In this document: piece by piece, positions 35,206 through 45,259 of the stretch | Layout: each line of letters opens with the position of its first letter | Position numbering within the stretch: position 1 is the first letter of the stretch | From: a virus | Taxonomy: Duplodnaviria; Caudoviricetes | DNA length: 64,000 bases | IMG/VR virus record: IMGVR_UViG_3300028549_000963 | Span: 1,749-65,748 of that record | Reading direction: 5' to 3' (one strand) | Made by a program: the position numbers and the translations under genes | Notes under the pieces: model-generated | Told to the model about the DNA's origin: nothing | Database searches by the model: none | The model's input: only the letters and a program-made list of their open reading frames with translations

Positions 35206-35610
35206 ATGAAGGAAAAAATAAAGACAATAAGGTTTGACGACATCGATGTATTTGATCCGGCAGACCAGGTATTCCAGCCGGAAACGGTTGACGCGATGAT
35301 GACGGAAGAGCAGGCGAAGGCGATCCGGCAAGCGATCGTGTTTGTTAAGAACCTTTCGTGGATGAATAAACCCAGCTGGCCGGGATCCGTAGAGTGCATC
35401 GTGTTTGAGAACAACCTGAACATGATGTATAATGGCGGGGACGAAGGGTTTAACCCGACGCAAGTCCGTATCAAATGCTACGACGGGAGCTTCTGTTTCT
35501 CGTTCTGTCACGACGACACGATTGACTATTACGAGACTGATTCAATTCAGCTGGAAATGCTGGAGGAGAAGATGCGGAAAGCCGGATGGCTACCGAAGGA
35601 GACAAAATGA
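35206..35610 (+). CDS. Hypothetical protein
   Basis: AAGGAG RBS. Confidence 0.65.
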   Translation: MKEKIKTIRFDDIDVFDPADQVFQPETVDAMMTEEQAKAIRQAIVFVKNLSWMNKPSWPGSVECIVFENNLNMMYNGGDEGFNPTQVRIKCYDGSFCFSFCHDDTIDYYETDSIQLEMLEEKMRKAGWLPKETK

Positions 35611-35858
35611 TCAAGTTCATCAAGACCGAAGCGGGTATCTGTACCGGCCGTAACGGAACCGTGGATATCAAAGGTATCGAGGTGGCGGTTATACACGCCG
35701 CCAGATCCGACGGAGCACTGTTCCGCATTGACTGCGTCAGCAAGGCCCGTGGGGTCTCGCTTAACGCCGGCTTCAGTATGGACACGGAGTGCGCACGCGG
35801 GCTGCGTGACGAACTCGCTAGGCTCGTCGCGAAGATCGACAGAGGGGAGAAGGTATGA
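35607..35858 (+). CDS. Hypothetical protein
   Basis: AAGGAG RBS, ATG 35607. Confidence 0.6.
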   Translation: MIKFIKTEAGICTGRNGTVDIKGIEVAVIHAARSDGALFRIDCVSKARGVSLNAGFSMDTECARGLRDELARLVAKIDRGEKV

Positions 35859-36382
35859 AAAGAGCTAAGTATTACACCGACGAATGGTGTCCGGAATGCG
35901 AACGCGAAGTCCGTATCCCCGCACGGGTAAAGCCCATGCCGAAATGTCCGAAGTGTCATAAGGATCTTCTGCCATGCTCGGCGTGCGACGATGAGACTCA
36001 CCGACGCTGCTCATCCTGCACGGACGGAGACTGCAAATTCAAACTGCACCCGGGATTCAAGGCAAAGAAGACGGGCTTCACACTGAAGGCGCTGCTCAAG
36101 GTAGCGGACAAGGCATACGACAGCTCCGTCGTCTTAAGCCCCGCCGTCGCAACCGTTGACGTAGGGGACACCCTTGCATCCTTTATCGTCCGTGAAATCA
36201 AGGACACGTTCGATGTATGGGCCACGAAACAGGATCAACTGCAGGAAGCCGCACGCGTGCTCCTGACTGCAACGAACCAGCTGGACGGAGTGCGAGCCGA
36301 ACTGAATAAGTGTTGGTACCGGATGAACGATCGGACGCAGAAGCGTAAGATACAAAAACGACGGAAGGAGATTAAGAAATGA
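35855..36382 (+). CDS. Zn-finger-containing hypothetical protein
   Basis: EWCPECE, CPKC, PCSAC motifs. Confidence 0.7.
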   Translation: MKRAKYYTDEWCPECEREVRIPARVKPMPKCPKCHKDLLPCSACDDETHRRCSSCTDGDCKFKLHPGFKAKKTGFTLKALLKVADKAYDSSVVLSPAVATVDVGDTLASFIVREIKDTFDVWATKQDQLQEAARVLLTATNQLDGVRAELNKCWYRMNDRTQKRKIQKRRKEIKK

Positions 36383-37641
36383 TGAAACCGAGACCATCAA
36401 GCATGCCGATGTTACAAGCATGCGCCCGCTGGGTCAACAGACCTAAAGCGGAAGATGACAAGAAGGATGACCTCGATATCGCCGCGGACGAGGGCACCCT
36501 CATCCACGCGACACTCGAGGCTCTCGCGGAACGGCCTGTCGTCAACTGGGACGACGCGATCGATAATGACTTCCAGCTTCCGGACGACCTCAAGTCCGTG
36601 GTGCGGGACGCGAGCCTGCAGGTCCGCGACATCTTCAGCCAGGGGCTGCCGGTGGTCACGAAACGGATCCTCGGTCTCGACTCCGAGGCCCACTACGAGA
36701 TCGACGACATCCTCTGGGAGGACGGCAAACCCGTCTACGCACCCCCTGCGGGACGCCCGTCCTGCCGGAGGATCATGGATGCGATCTACTGCGAAGTAGG
36801 TCTCGACTCCGGAGTATGCCTGCCGGGCACGGCCGACCTTGTCGGCATCCTCGGTACGCACGCCTGGCTCGTGGATTACAAGAGCAACCGGGTCGTACGT
36901 TCCCACGACGCCCAACAGGAAGCCTACATCGTCGCCCTGTTCAAGACGCTCCCGGAACTGCAAAGTGCCGAGCAACGCATCGTGGCGCCCCGCCTCGGGA
37001 ACGCCCACGCGCCCGCGATGTTCAGCCGCGATATGATTGGCTCGGTTTCCGCCGGGCTGCAGCATATTGTAGACCGCGCAGATGATCCGTTCAACCCGGG
37101 CGAGCCCGGCGAGCAGTGCGCGTTCTGCGCCGGTAACGGCCGGTGCCCCTACCAAGCGGCATCGCTGAAGGATATCATCGAGCCCGAAGGCGCGTTGATC
37201 CCCGCAGGCGCCTGGCGTGCACTGATGGATCCGAACATCACGCCGGAACAGCGCGGCTGGCGACGCGGAATCGCCAAGCAGATGGACATGTACTCCGACG
37301 CGATCAAGGATGACGATAAAGCGTGGGCCGAACAGAACCCCGGTGTCATGCCGACGGGCTGGACGGTATCACTCGCCCGCGGACGACTGTCCGTGGACAA
37401 GGAACGCCTGGCTGAATTAAACGAGAAGATCCGGTTGACGTTCGGACTCACTTATGAGATAATGGAGTCCTTCTCGGTGCCTGATCGCAAGCGCATCGCG
37501 GAGTATGTATCGATGGCACGCGGAATGTCGGCGGATGATGTGAGTAAGGACATGGATAAGGCAATCGCAGGATTCATGAAACGCGGAGCGGACACGGTCC
37601 GTTTCACGCAGGAAAAGATCAAGAAACAAATTAGTTCGTAG
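36379..37641 (+). CDS. PD-(D/E)XK nuclease (DUF2800/Cas4-like phage recombination nuclease)
   Basis: RPSS...L..C, A.EGT.IH..LE, GTAD, VDYKS, Q...Y, C.FC...CP motifs; adjacent to SSB and Pol A. Confidence 0.85.
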   Translation: MMKPRPSSMPMLQACARWVNRPKAEDDKKDDLDIAADEGTLIHATLEALAERPVVNWDDAIDNDFQLPDDLKSVVRDASLQVRDIFSQGLPVVTKRILGLDSEAHYEIDDILWEDGKPVYAPPAGRPSCRRIMDAIYCEVGLDSGVCLPGTADLVGILGTHAWLVDYKSNRVVRSHDAQQEAYIVALFKTLPELQSAEQRIVAPRLGNAHAPAMFSRDMIGSVSAGLQHIVDRADDPFNPGEPGEQCAFCAGNGRCPYQAASLKDIIEPEGALIPAGAWRALMDPNITPEQRGWRRGIAKQMDMYSDAIKDDDKAWAEQNPGVMPTGWTVSLARGRLSVDKERLAELNEKIRLTFGLTYEIMESFSVPDRKRIAEYVSMARGMSADDVSKDMDKAIAGFMKRGADTVRFTQEKIKKQISS

Positions 37642-37705
37642 GAATTTGATGTGACCCGCCCTATATCTGGGCGGGCGCATCCTTGCGCTAAAGGAGGCGC
37701 TAGAC

Positions 37706-37948
37706 ATGACAGAAGAAGGAACAGCACCAAAGGCAGCACGCAAGGCAGTGGGGCCTATGACGGTACGCATCGGAACCTGGGACGAAACAGGCACGGTGTT
37801 CACGGTAAAGAAATCTCTCGTCGGGCCTACCGATAAGGATATCAAGCTGGCATGCAAGGAGCTCGGTTACGGAACCTACTCCATCATCACCGGCCGCGAC
37901 TCCAAGGCGGTTCTCGCGAAGAAGGAGACTGACAGCTTTACTCTGTAG
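37706..37948 (+). CDS. Small hypothetical protein
   Basis: AAGGAGG RBS. Confidence 0.65.
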   Translation: MTEEGTAPKAARKAVGPMTVRIGTWDETGTVFTVKKSLVGPTDKDIKLACKELGYGTYSIITGRDSKAVLAKKETDSFTL

Positions 37949-37996
37949 AGCGCGGTCTGAAACTCAAGCAGTACAAATAAACGAAAGGACATTAAA

Positions 37997-38854
37997 ATGT
38001 CTAAGAAAAATGAAGCAAGCATCGGACAGGGTGGAGTGACAGTCGTACAGGCGGAAGCCGACGAGACAGCTCTCACCGTAATGGGCGGCGGGGAAGTGGT
38101 TCAGCGCCGCTCCGACGTCGCTGACGGACAGTACGTACAGGCCGAAGGGAAGATGTATTCCAGCTTCCTCAAGATCGCGTACGGCGTTGGCGAAGGCGCA
38201 AAGGCGGGACTCCCGTCCGGAGCGTGGTTCTTCCACGGAGCCACGGTTGCAATCAGCGGACCCAAAAAGCCACTCACCGTGGTCATTCTCAAGGCCGCCG
38301 GGTTCTGGAAGGAATGGACTGATTTCAAGGGCGGGAACAAGGATCTGCCGCGCGAGTTCGCGACAGAGGACCTGGCCAAGAAAGCGGGCCTTGTCACACG
38401 CTGGGCTCCTTACGGCAGCAGCGGACCGAAGCGCAACTGCGCACCGGCCGTTGACATGCTCCTCCTGGTGCAGGAACCGGAAGGCGGAAGCGGAAGCCCC
38501 GAGTTCACGATCCTGCTGGACGGCAAGCTCTACGCCCCGGCCCGCTCGGTCATCGACAAGAAGCAGTACGAGCAGATCGAGAAGATGCTCGCGCTGATTC
38601 CGCAACGCGACGCGGCCCTGCGCCGTCTGCCGCCGAACGCCGGTCGTACCGACGCATTCCCTGTCACGCTGACGACGACAGTCGATGTCCGTGACGACGG
38701 GAAGACGCTGGTCAACCTCGCGCTGAACTTCAAAACGGATGCGAACGATCAACCCGTCCGCAACACGGAGAAGTTCTTCGCCGATCTCGCGGCCTTCAAC
38801 GACATGCTCGCCGCGGCGTCCGCCGCGCCCGTGCCGACTGAAGACGCCGAGTAG
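37997..38854 (+). CDS. Probable ssDNA-binding/annealing protein
   Basis: Position between nuclease and polymerase; own terminator; beta-rich core; flexible acidic end (PTEDAE). Function inferred from context. Confidence 0.5.
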   Translation: MSKKNEASIGQGGVTVVQAEADETALTVMGGGEVVQRRSDVADGQYVQAEGKMYSSFLKIAYGVGEGAKAGLPSGAWFFHGATVAISGPKKPLTVVILKAAGFWKEWTDFKGGNKDLPREFATEDLAKKAGLVTRWAPYGSSGPKRNCAPAVDMLLLVQEPEGGSGSPEFTILLDGKLYAPARSVIDKKQYEQIEKMLALIPQRDAALRRLPPNAGRTDAFPVTLTTTVDVRDDGKTLVNLALNFKTDANDQPVRNTEKFFADLAAFNDMLAAASAAPVPTEDAE

Positions 38855-38860
38855 GCTACC

Positions 38861-38903
38861 GGGGTCCGGGTGTCCTCACGGACATCCGGGCCCCATTTCT
38901 TTT
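38861..38903 (+). terminator. Rho-independent terminator
   Basis: GGGGTCCGGGTGTCC-TCAC-GGACATCCGGGCCCC followed by ATTTCTTTT. Confidence 0.7.
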
Positions 38904-38920
38904 TATGATACGGAGGGATA

Positions 38921-40933
38921 ATGAAACATCGATTCAGCATTAAAGAGAACGAGGTCGTAGCTATCGACTTTGAAACCCTCTACGACTCCAAGACCAAGTA
39001 TTCGCTCAAGGTTATGACGCCGCATGACTACGTACGGCACCCCCGGTTCGATCCTTACCTCGTGGCGTTCGCCTCGGACGGCGGGGAACATTTCGTCGGG
39101 TCGCCTCTGGACTTCGACTGGGCGAGCCTGGACGGCGCGCACTTCGTCGCGCATAACGCGACCTTCGACGGCATGGTGCTCAAGCGCATGCACGAGTTGA
39201 GGATGATACCCTATTTCAAATACTCGCTGGACTGCACCGCGGACTTATGCGCGTGCCTGGGGCTCGGGCGTTCCCTCTATGACGCGGTCCAGAACATACT
39301 CGGCATGACCATCTCCAAGAAGGTGCGCGCCGACATGGACGGCAAGACGCTGAAAGACCTGACCGCGGACGAGGCTACGGCCCTGTACGAATACGGCGGA
39401 TCCGACGCGGACCTCTGCCTTGAGCTGTGGCGCGCGAAGTCGGCTGAGTGGCCTCAGCTCGAAATCGAAATCAGCCGTGAGAACCGCGAGGCCAACTGGC
39501 GCGGCGTGCGGATTAACAAGGGGGCTACCGTCGAAGCCCTGCGTATCCTGCAGAACAAAGCCGAGACCGCGCTCTCGATGATGCCGTGGGTAAAGGAGGG
39601 CGAGAAGCCGACCTCGACCACGGCGCTCAAAGAATATGCTGACCGGTTCGGCCTGCCGAGATTGAAAAGCTATAACAAGACGGATCCTCTGATGCAGGCG
39701 TGGGTTAAGAAGTATGCGCCGCTCTATCCGTTCATCCAGGCACGCCTGGATTACAGCTCGACCGCTCCGCACATCTCACGCGTGGAGGCCATGATCGAAC
39801 TCGCGGACCACGACGACGTTGTCAGATTCGACTCCCTCTACTTCGGGGCGCACACAGGCCGGAGCAGCGGAAGCGCGTCCGAGAAGGATAAGAGCGGCGG
39901 CGCCCGCATGAACTTCTTCAACATCCCGAAAGGCGATGACGACGGGCTCACGCACGGCGTAGACCTTCGCGGACTTATCATCCCGCGCCCCGGCAGGAAG
40001 TTCATCATCTATGACTTCTCGAATATCGAGCCCCGCGTGACCCACTGGGTTGCCGGAAGCACGGAGTTCTTGAAGCTCGTGGCGAAGGAGAACATCTACC
40101 AGGCTAACGCCAAGGCGATGGGCTGGTTCCCGTACGACGAGACGGGATTGAAGACGCGCAATAAGAAGCTCTATCAGCTATCGAAGGCATGCGTTATCGG
40201 AATGTCCTACAGAATGGGATCCGGAAAGTTCCTTGCGCAATGCAAGAAGATGGGCATCCAGCTCGATCCCGTGCCGAAGGACCAATGGAACCTCGACAGG
40301 CGGCTGAAGTTCGTGCTCGCCAACGTGGAGGGCATCGACTGGCGGGGTCCGGAGAACGAGGAGTACATCTGCGCGTTCATCGCGTCCGACCGCGTCGTGC
40401 GGGAATGGCGTGAAAAGAATCCCTTCGTCACAGCCCTGTGGAAGAACCTCGAGATAATGCTCCAGACCGCCGCGAAGAACGGCCAGAAGGAGTATACGTT
40501 CTCCCTGCCGTCCGGGCGGAAGAAGACTTACTACCGCCTTGGCATGCACGTCAAGCCGAAGAAGGTGCACGACCCGGACGACCCGACGAAGTTCGAGACG
40601 CGTATTGAGACCCAGCTGTACGCGGCCACGTCGAAAAGCGGGGACCCGATGTCCCTGCACGGCGGCGTGATCACGGAGCATCTCGTGCAGGCGATCTCCC
40701 GGGACATTATGTTCCAGGGCGCCCGCGACGTGTGGGAGTCTGAACAGGACTGGACATATATCGGAAACGTCTACGACGAAGTGGTATTCGAGGTACCTGA
40801 GTACGAGGCTATGCGGGCCACGGAAGTGATCCCGCGACTCCTGTGCAACGGCACATCAAGAGCGTGGACAAAGGACCTGCCGCTCGAGCTCGACCTCGAA
40901 GGCGGCGGCATAAAGGACAAGTATGAGAAATGA
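38921..40933 (+). CDS. Family A DNA polymerase with 3'-5' exonuclease domain
   Basis: ExoI IDFET, ExoII HNATFD, ExoIII Y...D; HTGRSSG; motif A DFSNIEPRV; motif B K......Y; motif C VYDEVV. Confidence 0.92.
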   Translation: MKHRFSIKENEVVAIDFETLYDSKTKYSLKVMTPHDYVRHPRFDPYLVAFASDGGEHFVGSPLDFDWASLDGAHFVAHNATFDGMVLKRMHELRMIPYFKYSLDCTADLCACLGLGRSLYDAVQNILGMTISKKVRADMDGKTLKDLTADEATALYEYGGSDADLCLELWRAKSAEWPQLEIEISRENREANWRGVRINKGATVEALRILQNKAETALSMMPWVKEGEKPTSTTALKEYADRFGLPRLKSYNKTDPLMQAWVKKYAPLYPFIQARLDYSSTAPHISRVEAMIELADHDDVVRFDSLYFGAHTGRSSGSASEKDKSGGARMNFFNIPKGDDDGLTHGVDLRGLIIPRPGRKFIIYDFSNIEPRVTHWVAGSTEFLKLVAKENIYQANAKAMGWFPYDETGLKTRNKKLYQLSKACVIGMSYRMGSGKFLAQCKKMGIQLDPVPKDQWNLDRRLKFVLANVEGIDWRGPENEEYICAFIASDRVVREWREKNPFVTALWKNLEIMLQTAAKNGQKEYTFSLPSGRKKTYYRLGMHVKPKKVHDPDDPTKFETRIETQLYAATSKSGDPMSLHGGVITEHLVQAISRDIMFQGARDVWESEQDWTYIGNVYDEVVFEVPEYEAMRATEVIPRLLCNGTSRAWTKDLPLELDLEGGGIKDKYEK

Positions 40934-41408
40934 GATTGGAATAGAAGTGGGGGCGCCGTTCTACCTGAACCCGCTCCGGCCTCTTCCCGTAGTCGCCAAA
41001 TGGGGGGACACCGGAGCCCTGACCAACTGGACGTCGGAGGAGTTCCGCAAGGAACTCGCCGGCGTCTATTGGCGGGTGGTGACCCGTACGATGCACGACG
41101 GCGGAGGTACGGGGATGCACAGCGAACTGCGCGTCACGTATGCGGAGGCCTGGGTGGCGAAGGTGCTGCTCGGCTGCGGGCCCATACCGGAAGGCATGTG
41201 GTGGTCCCTGTCCTTCGAGGACCGGGTGACCGGCACATACCCCGGAGTGGAAGTGCTGAGGGTCCTCGCAAAACAGACGGAAGAAGCTACGCAGCACTTC
41301 TTCGACGAGGGTGCGTATGCCGCGGCGAAAGCCGCGGAAAAGAACATAGCCAAATGCGTAAAGCATCTGGTGAAAGGAGTGATGGAGGATGAAACAAACA
41401 GGAAGTGA
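40923..41408 (+). CDS. Hypothetical protein
   Basis: Overlaps the polymerase stop; AAAGGA RBS. Confidence 0.6.
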   Translation: MRNEIGIEVGAPFYLNPLRPLPVVAKWGDTGALTNWTSEEFRKELAGVYWRVVTRTMHDGGGTGMHSELRVTYAEAWVAKVLLGCGPIPEGMWWSLSFEDRVTGTYPGVEVLRVLAKQTEEATQHFFDEGAYAAAKAAEKNIAKCVKHLVKGVMEDETNRK

Positions 41409-42087
41409 CGAACCGGATCGCGACCGGATCTGGACGGACTGCGCGGAGTGCGCTTACAAGCACCTGACCGCGGCTTGCGCGCTGATCACGGATGCAAGCG
41501 AAGAGCTCCACCCCGCGGATCCGAATTCCGTGTTCGCCGAGCGCGCGTTAATCCTATACGCGGAATCCCTCACGGGGTACCCGGGTAATCTGGATCTCGC
41601 GCACGGATGCCTCGCGGCGATCGAACCGCAGACGGACGCCATCCGCCTGGCGAGAAAAGCCTTGCTCAAGGGGACGGACATTGTTACACTTATATCCAAT
41701 GTGCGCGGAACGCAACCCGGCATGGGAGACCCCGTGACGATCGCCGCGGCGCATATTACCGAGGCCGTGCGGGAGATGCCTGAACTGTTCGACAGCGCCG
41801 GCGTATACGATGACATCCCGCAGTTCTTCTGCCGGAAGAAACCTGAGGTGCTGAGACTGCTCGCGGTCTCCTGCAAGAACATACGGAACCTGTACGCGTT
41901 GAGAGGAAAAGAGGTAGTATATGAAGATCCAAAAGACGAGCCTGCTCCGGAGAGTGAAGGAAGCCCTGCTCCTGTTGACCGGGAGGACCGGCCTGTACCA
42001 GTCCGTGAATACGATGCAGGCCACCTGGACTGCCAAACCAGGTGCGAGCCCCGGATCCGTCGCCGTAGTCCTGCATGTCACACTTAA
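41389..42087 (+). CDS. Hypothetical protein
   Basis: GGAGG RBS; 3' end overlaps 41921..42226. Confidence 0.6.
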   Translation: MKQTGSDEPDRDRIWTDCAECAYKHLTAACALITDASEELHPADPNSVFAERALILYAESLTGYPGNLDLAHGCLAAIEPQTDAIRLARKALLKGTDIVTLISNVRGTQPGMGDPVTIAAAHITEAVREMPELFDSAGVYDDIPQFFCRKKPEVLRLLAVSCKNIRNLYALRGKEVVYEDPKDEPAPESEGSPAPVDREDRPVPVREYDAGHLDCQTRCEPRIRRRSPACHT

Positions 42088-42226
42088 CAAGGTGTCCTAT
42101 ACCTGCAGGTACACGGTCGCCGGCGAAGTGCTGGCGAAGGGGGACCGCGAAGCGACCCTCCGTTCGTTCATGCAGGCCGAAGCCGCTCAACTCGTGAGGA
42201 AGATCTTATGTGGCGAGCAAACATAG
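41921..42226 (+). CDS. Hypothetical protein
   Basis: GAGGT RBS before ATG 41921; overlaps the upstream ORF by 167 nt. Confidence 0.5.
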   Translation: MKIQKTSLLRRVKEALLLLTGRTGLYQSVNTMQATWTAKPGASPGSVAVVLHVTLNKVSYTCRYTVAGEVLAKGDREATLRSFMQAEAAQLVRKILCGEQT

Positions 42227-42840
42227 AGACGACAGCGGAGATACGCGGGCATGTAGTCGTGCTGGGGTGTGACCCCGGCCCGACGCATTCCGCCTTCGCC
42301 CTGCTGAACATACCGTTCATGAAGATGCCGGAGCCCGGGGCGAGAGTCCTCGGCGCCTGGTATCTGCCGAACGGTGAAGTCTGGAAGACCCTGCCGAAGA
42401 TCGCCCACGACTTCCTGCTGAAGGGAGTCCGGATCGACGCCTTCGCCTACGAGTCCTGCGGATGCCAGGGCTCTGCGCCCGGGGAATCCACGTTCGAGAC
42501 CGCGGCGATGGGCGGCGAGGCGAGGGCGGTCATCCGCCCCCACGTCCACGCCACCTATTCATTCTCCCCCGACCGGTGGCGCTACGCGCTATGCGGGCAC
42601 GGGAATGCGAAGGATCACAACGTCGCGGAGGGGCTGAGAGCCCTATTCCCGGCGACCGGAGGCGGAGCGGACCCCACAACAGGCACCAAATCGCGTCCAG
42701 GGCCCCTCTGGGCGCTCCGGGAAGCGGGGGCGGGCGGTAACGCGGTACATCTGCGCGACGCCGTGGGCGTGGCCGTAGCACCGCTTCTGATACGGTTCCG
42801 TTCGGGCATCGACCCGGAAAGATTCAGGAGGACATGGTAA
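42208..42840 (+). CDS. RuvC-like Holliday junction resolvase
   Basis: VLGCDPGPTHSAFA (first acidic residue), FAYE (second), terminal D..GVA (third); K-rich G.GNAK loop. Confidence 0.7.
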   Translation: MWRANIETTAEIRGHVVVLGCDPGPTHSAFALLNIPFMKMPEPGARVLGAWYLPNGEVWKTLPKIAHDFLLKGVRIDAFAYESCGCQGSAPGESTFETAAMGGEARAVIRPHVHATYSFSPDRWRYALCGHGNAKDHNVAEGLRALFPATGGGADPTTGTKSRPGPLWALREAGAGGNAVHLRDAVGVAVAPLLIRFRSGIDPERFRRTW

Positions 42841-43517
42841 TGGAAGAGATAAAGGCAGAGATCGTCACGAGGGAGCCGGAGGAACTGGATGTCCGAAAGG
42901 ACTCGGATGTATTCCCGCTCGCTGACGAGGCGGTGTTCCCCGGGCTCACGGACGTGGGGCTGATGAAGGCGGCTTACCGCAAGTGGATGGAGTCCGACTC
43001 GACCACCCTCGACGAGGCTGCCGAGGCTGCCGGGGCCGACCCCCGTACCGTCGCCTACTGGGCGGACGTCGGGGACTGGCTGACGCACAGGCTCCGCACG
43101 ATCCGTGTCCGCGGCAAGGAGTCCGCCATCGCCCTGGAGCGCAAGCGCCAGGAGATGCGGGAGGAGCGGGTGATGAAGCAGATCCATCTCGCCACTTCGC
43201 TCGGGGATAAGATCCACGAGGCGCTAAAGCACAAGAAGGTCGTGGTCACCCGTGAAGGCGACACGCTCCAGCTCGAGCTGGCACCGAAGGAACTGAAGGA
43301 GCTCGCAGAGGCGGCGAAAGCCAGCGGCGATATGCTCGGGCGGTTCCTGGGGATCGCCGAGCCGAAGCAGCAGGCCCTGCCGCAGGATCAGAACGCGGAC
43401 GGGAGCGACGCCGGCGGAGAAGGTTCGCAACGACCCCTTGTCGTGGTGGTGCGTGGCGGCGGACTGCCGCAGATCCGCATGACCCCGGATAACAAGGGAG
43501 CCGTGATTGACGTATAA
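42834..43517 (+). CDS. HTH protein, terminase-small-subunit-like
   Basis: AY..W....TL.EAA..AG...RTV..WA..GDW helix-turn-helix followed by long helices. Confidence 0.5.
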   Translation: MVMEEIKAEIVTREPEELDVRKDSDVFPLADEAVFPGLTDVGLMKAAYRKWMESDSTTLDEAAEAAGADPRTVAYWADVGDWLTHRLRTIRVRGKESAIALERKRQEMREERVMKQIHLATSLGDKIHEALKHKKVVVTREGDTLQLELAPKELKELAEAAKASGDMLGRFLGIAEPKQQALPQDQNADGSDAGGEGSQRPLVVVVRGGGLPQIRMTPDNKGAVIDV

Positions 43518-43546
43518 AAAACAAATAAAGTCGGAGGTAAGAAAGA

Positions 43547-43735
43547 ATGAGTGATGTGAGAGTGAAAGAGCTGGCTGAATTTATAGGCCGGCACAAGAGA
43601 CTTGAAGAGTACGACGGAAACGTACTCATAGATCTCGGGGGAGAAGGGGACTACGTCCCGATCAAGAGCATGAGGCTCTTCCCCGGGGAGGGCAGCAGGA
43701 CTACCCTGGTGCTGAAGGCGGACAATGGGCAATGA
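43547..43735 (+). CDS. Small hypothetical protein
   Basis: GGAGG RBS. Confidence 0.55.
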   Translation: MSDVRVKELAEFIGRHKRLEEYDGNVLIDLGGEGDYVPIKSMRLFPGEGSRTTLVLKADNGQ

Positions 43736-44300
43736 CGCCATCGGAGCGGAAGGCTATGTCGAGATCGCCGTGACCCACGCCGAGCTGGTTGTCGAGTACC
43801 GGATCGTCTACGCGAAGGATCCCGAAGCCCTGGTGAAGTACTGTAAGAAACGCGGATTGCTGACCGCGTACTGCACCCTGGTCGGCGAGGAATACGTCGG
43901 CGTAAGCCAGGCGGAGCAGTCGGAAGGAGATCCGATCAGCGGCTTCACCGTCAGCCACACCTACCATACCGTGTCGGACGATGGCAAGCGCGGGGTCATC
44001 TATCTACTGGTCACACGCCAGGAGAGATGCGAGGAGCTCAGGACCTGGGCTCACGAGATCAGCCACGCCGCGGACTTCACGGTGGGGATCCTCGCGAAGG
44101 TCCACCCCGGGGTCTCCGGGAAGATGATGGGCGAACTGAAGGCGACCTGCGCCGAGCTGCTTGCGGACTCCGTCCGCATCCTCACCACAGGCAATCTCCG
44201 GACGGAAACGCCCATGTCACAGTTTCCGGGCACACTTGCCCGGGCGTTAAAGAGCGCGCACGTCGCGCCGGAAACAGGAGAGAAAGATGGGCACCAGTGA
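43725..44300 (+). CDS. HExxH (zincin-like) protein
   Basis: TWAHEISHAAD motif with a downstream E (GELKA..AE). Confidence 0.55.
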   Translation: MGNDAIGAEGYVEIAVTHAELVVEYRIVYAKDPEALVKYCKKRGLLTAYCTLVGEEYVGVSQAEQSEGDPISGFTVSHTYHTVSDDGKRGVIYLLVTRQERCEELRTWAHEISHAADFTVGILAKVHPGVSGKMMGELKATCAELLADSVRILTTGNLRTETPMSQFPGTLARALKSAHVAPETGEKDGHQ

Positions 44301-44583
44301 TAAATTCCCCGCGCTACGGCGCAGGGTGCAGTACCTTGAGAAGCGGATGAATGACTCCCGGAAGACAGGGAGACAGCCGCTATCGTTCGATGTGGCGGAG
44401 TACGCCGAGTTGCAGGAAGTGCTGAGGCGGATCGACAGATCCGTTCCGCGCCCTCGTGACGCACGGTACGACGAGCCGCCCGTCGTGCGCGAGGTGCGCA
44501 GGACCGACGGACCGCCCGTGTACGAGGAAGTGTTCGTACCGGGGGAGCCGAGGGGTTCGAGATATTACGGCGGCCAGTTATAA
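44287..44583 (+). CDS. Hypothetical protein
   Basis: AGGAG RBS. Confidence 0.55.
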   Translation: MGTSDKFPALRRRVQYLEKRMNDSRKTGRQPLSFDVAEYAELQEVLRRIDRSVPRPRDARYDEPPVVREVRRTDGPPVYEEVFVPGEPRGSRYYGGQL

Positions 44584-44594
44584 GAAAGGAAACT

Positions 44595-44909
44595 ATGGTT
44601 AAGAAAAAAGAGACGAAGAAGGTGCAGGAGCCCGGGCTCACAAACCTTGACGAGAAGATGCTGATCGACGAAGGCCTCTTCGACGGCAAGATCACCGGTG
44701 TCACCGACCTGGTCGACAACGGATGCCTGGTCGAAACCGAGACTAGCGTGTACGCGCTCACGGAGACGGAAACGAAGTTCCTGCGGGTCGTCGCGAGACT
44801 GTCCCTGTGCACGAACGTGATACGGGCAATGCCACTCCCGGACGGGCGTCAGCTCTTCCAGGGGAAGGCCAAGGACGGGCGTAAACTCTACACGTGGGGG
44901 AAGAAATGA
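44595..44909 (+). CDS. Hypothetical protein
   Basis: AAAGGA RBS. Confidence 0.65.
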   Translation: MVKKKETKKVQEPGLTNLDEKMLIDEGLFDGKITGVTDLVDNGCLVETETSVYALTETETKFLRVVARLSLCTNVIRAMPLPDGRQLFQGKAKDGRKLYTWGKK

Positions 44910-45259
44910 CAAACACGGTACTGGCTGCCGTCCTCGCCATCTACATGACGGAGAGTGATTGCGGACGGAACGTGCGCGACGGCGACGGCGGAAACGCCGT
45001 CGGGCCGTTCCAGACATGGAAGATCATGGTGAGGGAAGTGAACCGGGTGACCGGTAAGCACTACACCTACGCGGACCGCCGCGACTTCGTGAAGTCGCAG
45101 CAGATGTGCCGTGACTATCTGACCTGGCATTACAATAGAGGCGTCACGAACGAGTTGGCGTTGGCGTCGAAGTGGATCCGCCCTTACGGGCGGGCTCCGG
45201 AACGCCACGTAAGCAAGCTCCGTAAGGCGTTGCTGAAAGTGAAAGAGGTATTGACATGA
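44906..45259 (+). CDS. Lysozyme-like (i-type/destabilase or SLT-like) muralytic enzyme
   Basis: AI..TES.CG....DGD.G.AVGPFQ motif with catalytic-type Glu in the first helix. Confidence 0.65.
   Translation: MTNTVLAAVLAIYMTESDCGRNVRDGDGGNAVGPFQTWKIMVREVNRVTGKHYTYADRRDFVKSQQMCRDYLTWHYNRGVTNELALASKWIRPYGRAPERHVSKLRKALLKVKEVLT

Noticed and set aside
36379-37641. CRISPR-Cas locus (Cas4-like gene)
   Set aside because: No repeat-spacer array or other cas genes in the window; the context is the standard nuclease-SSB-Pol A replication cassette.
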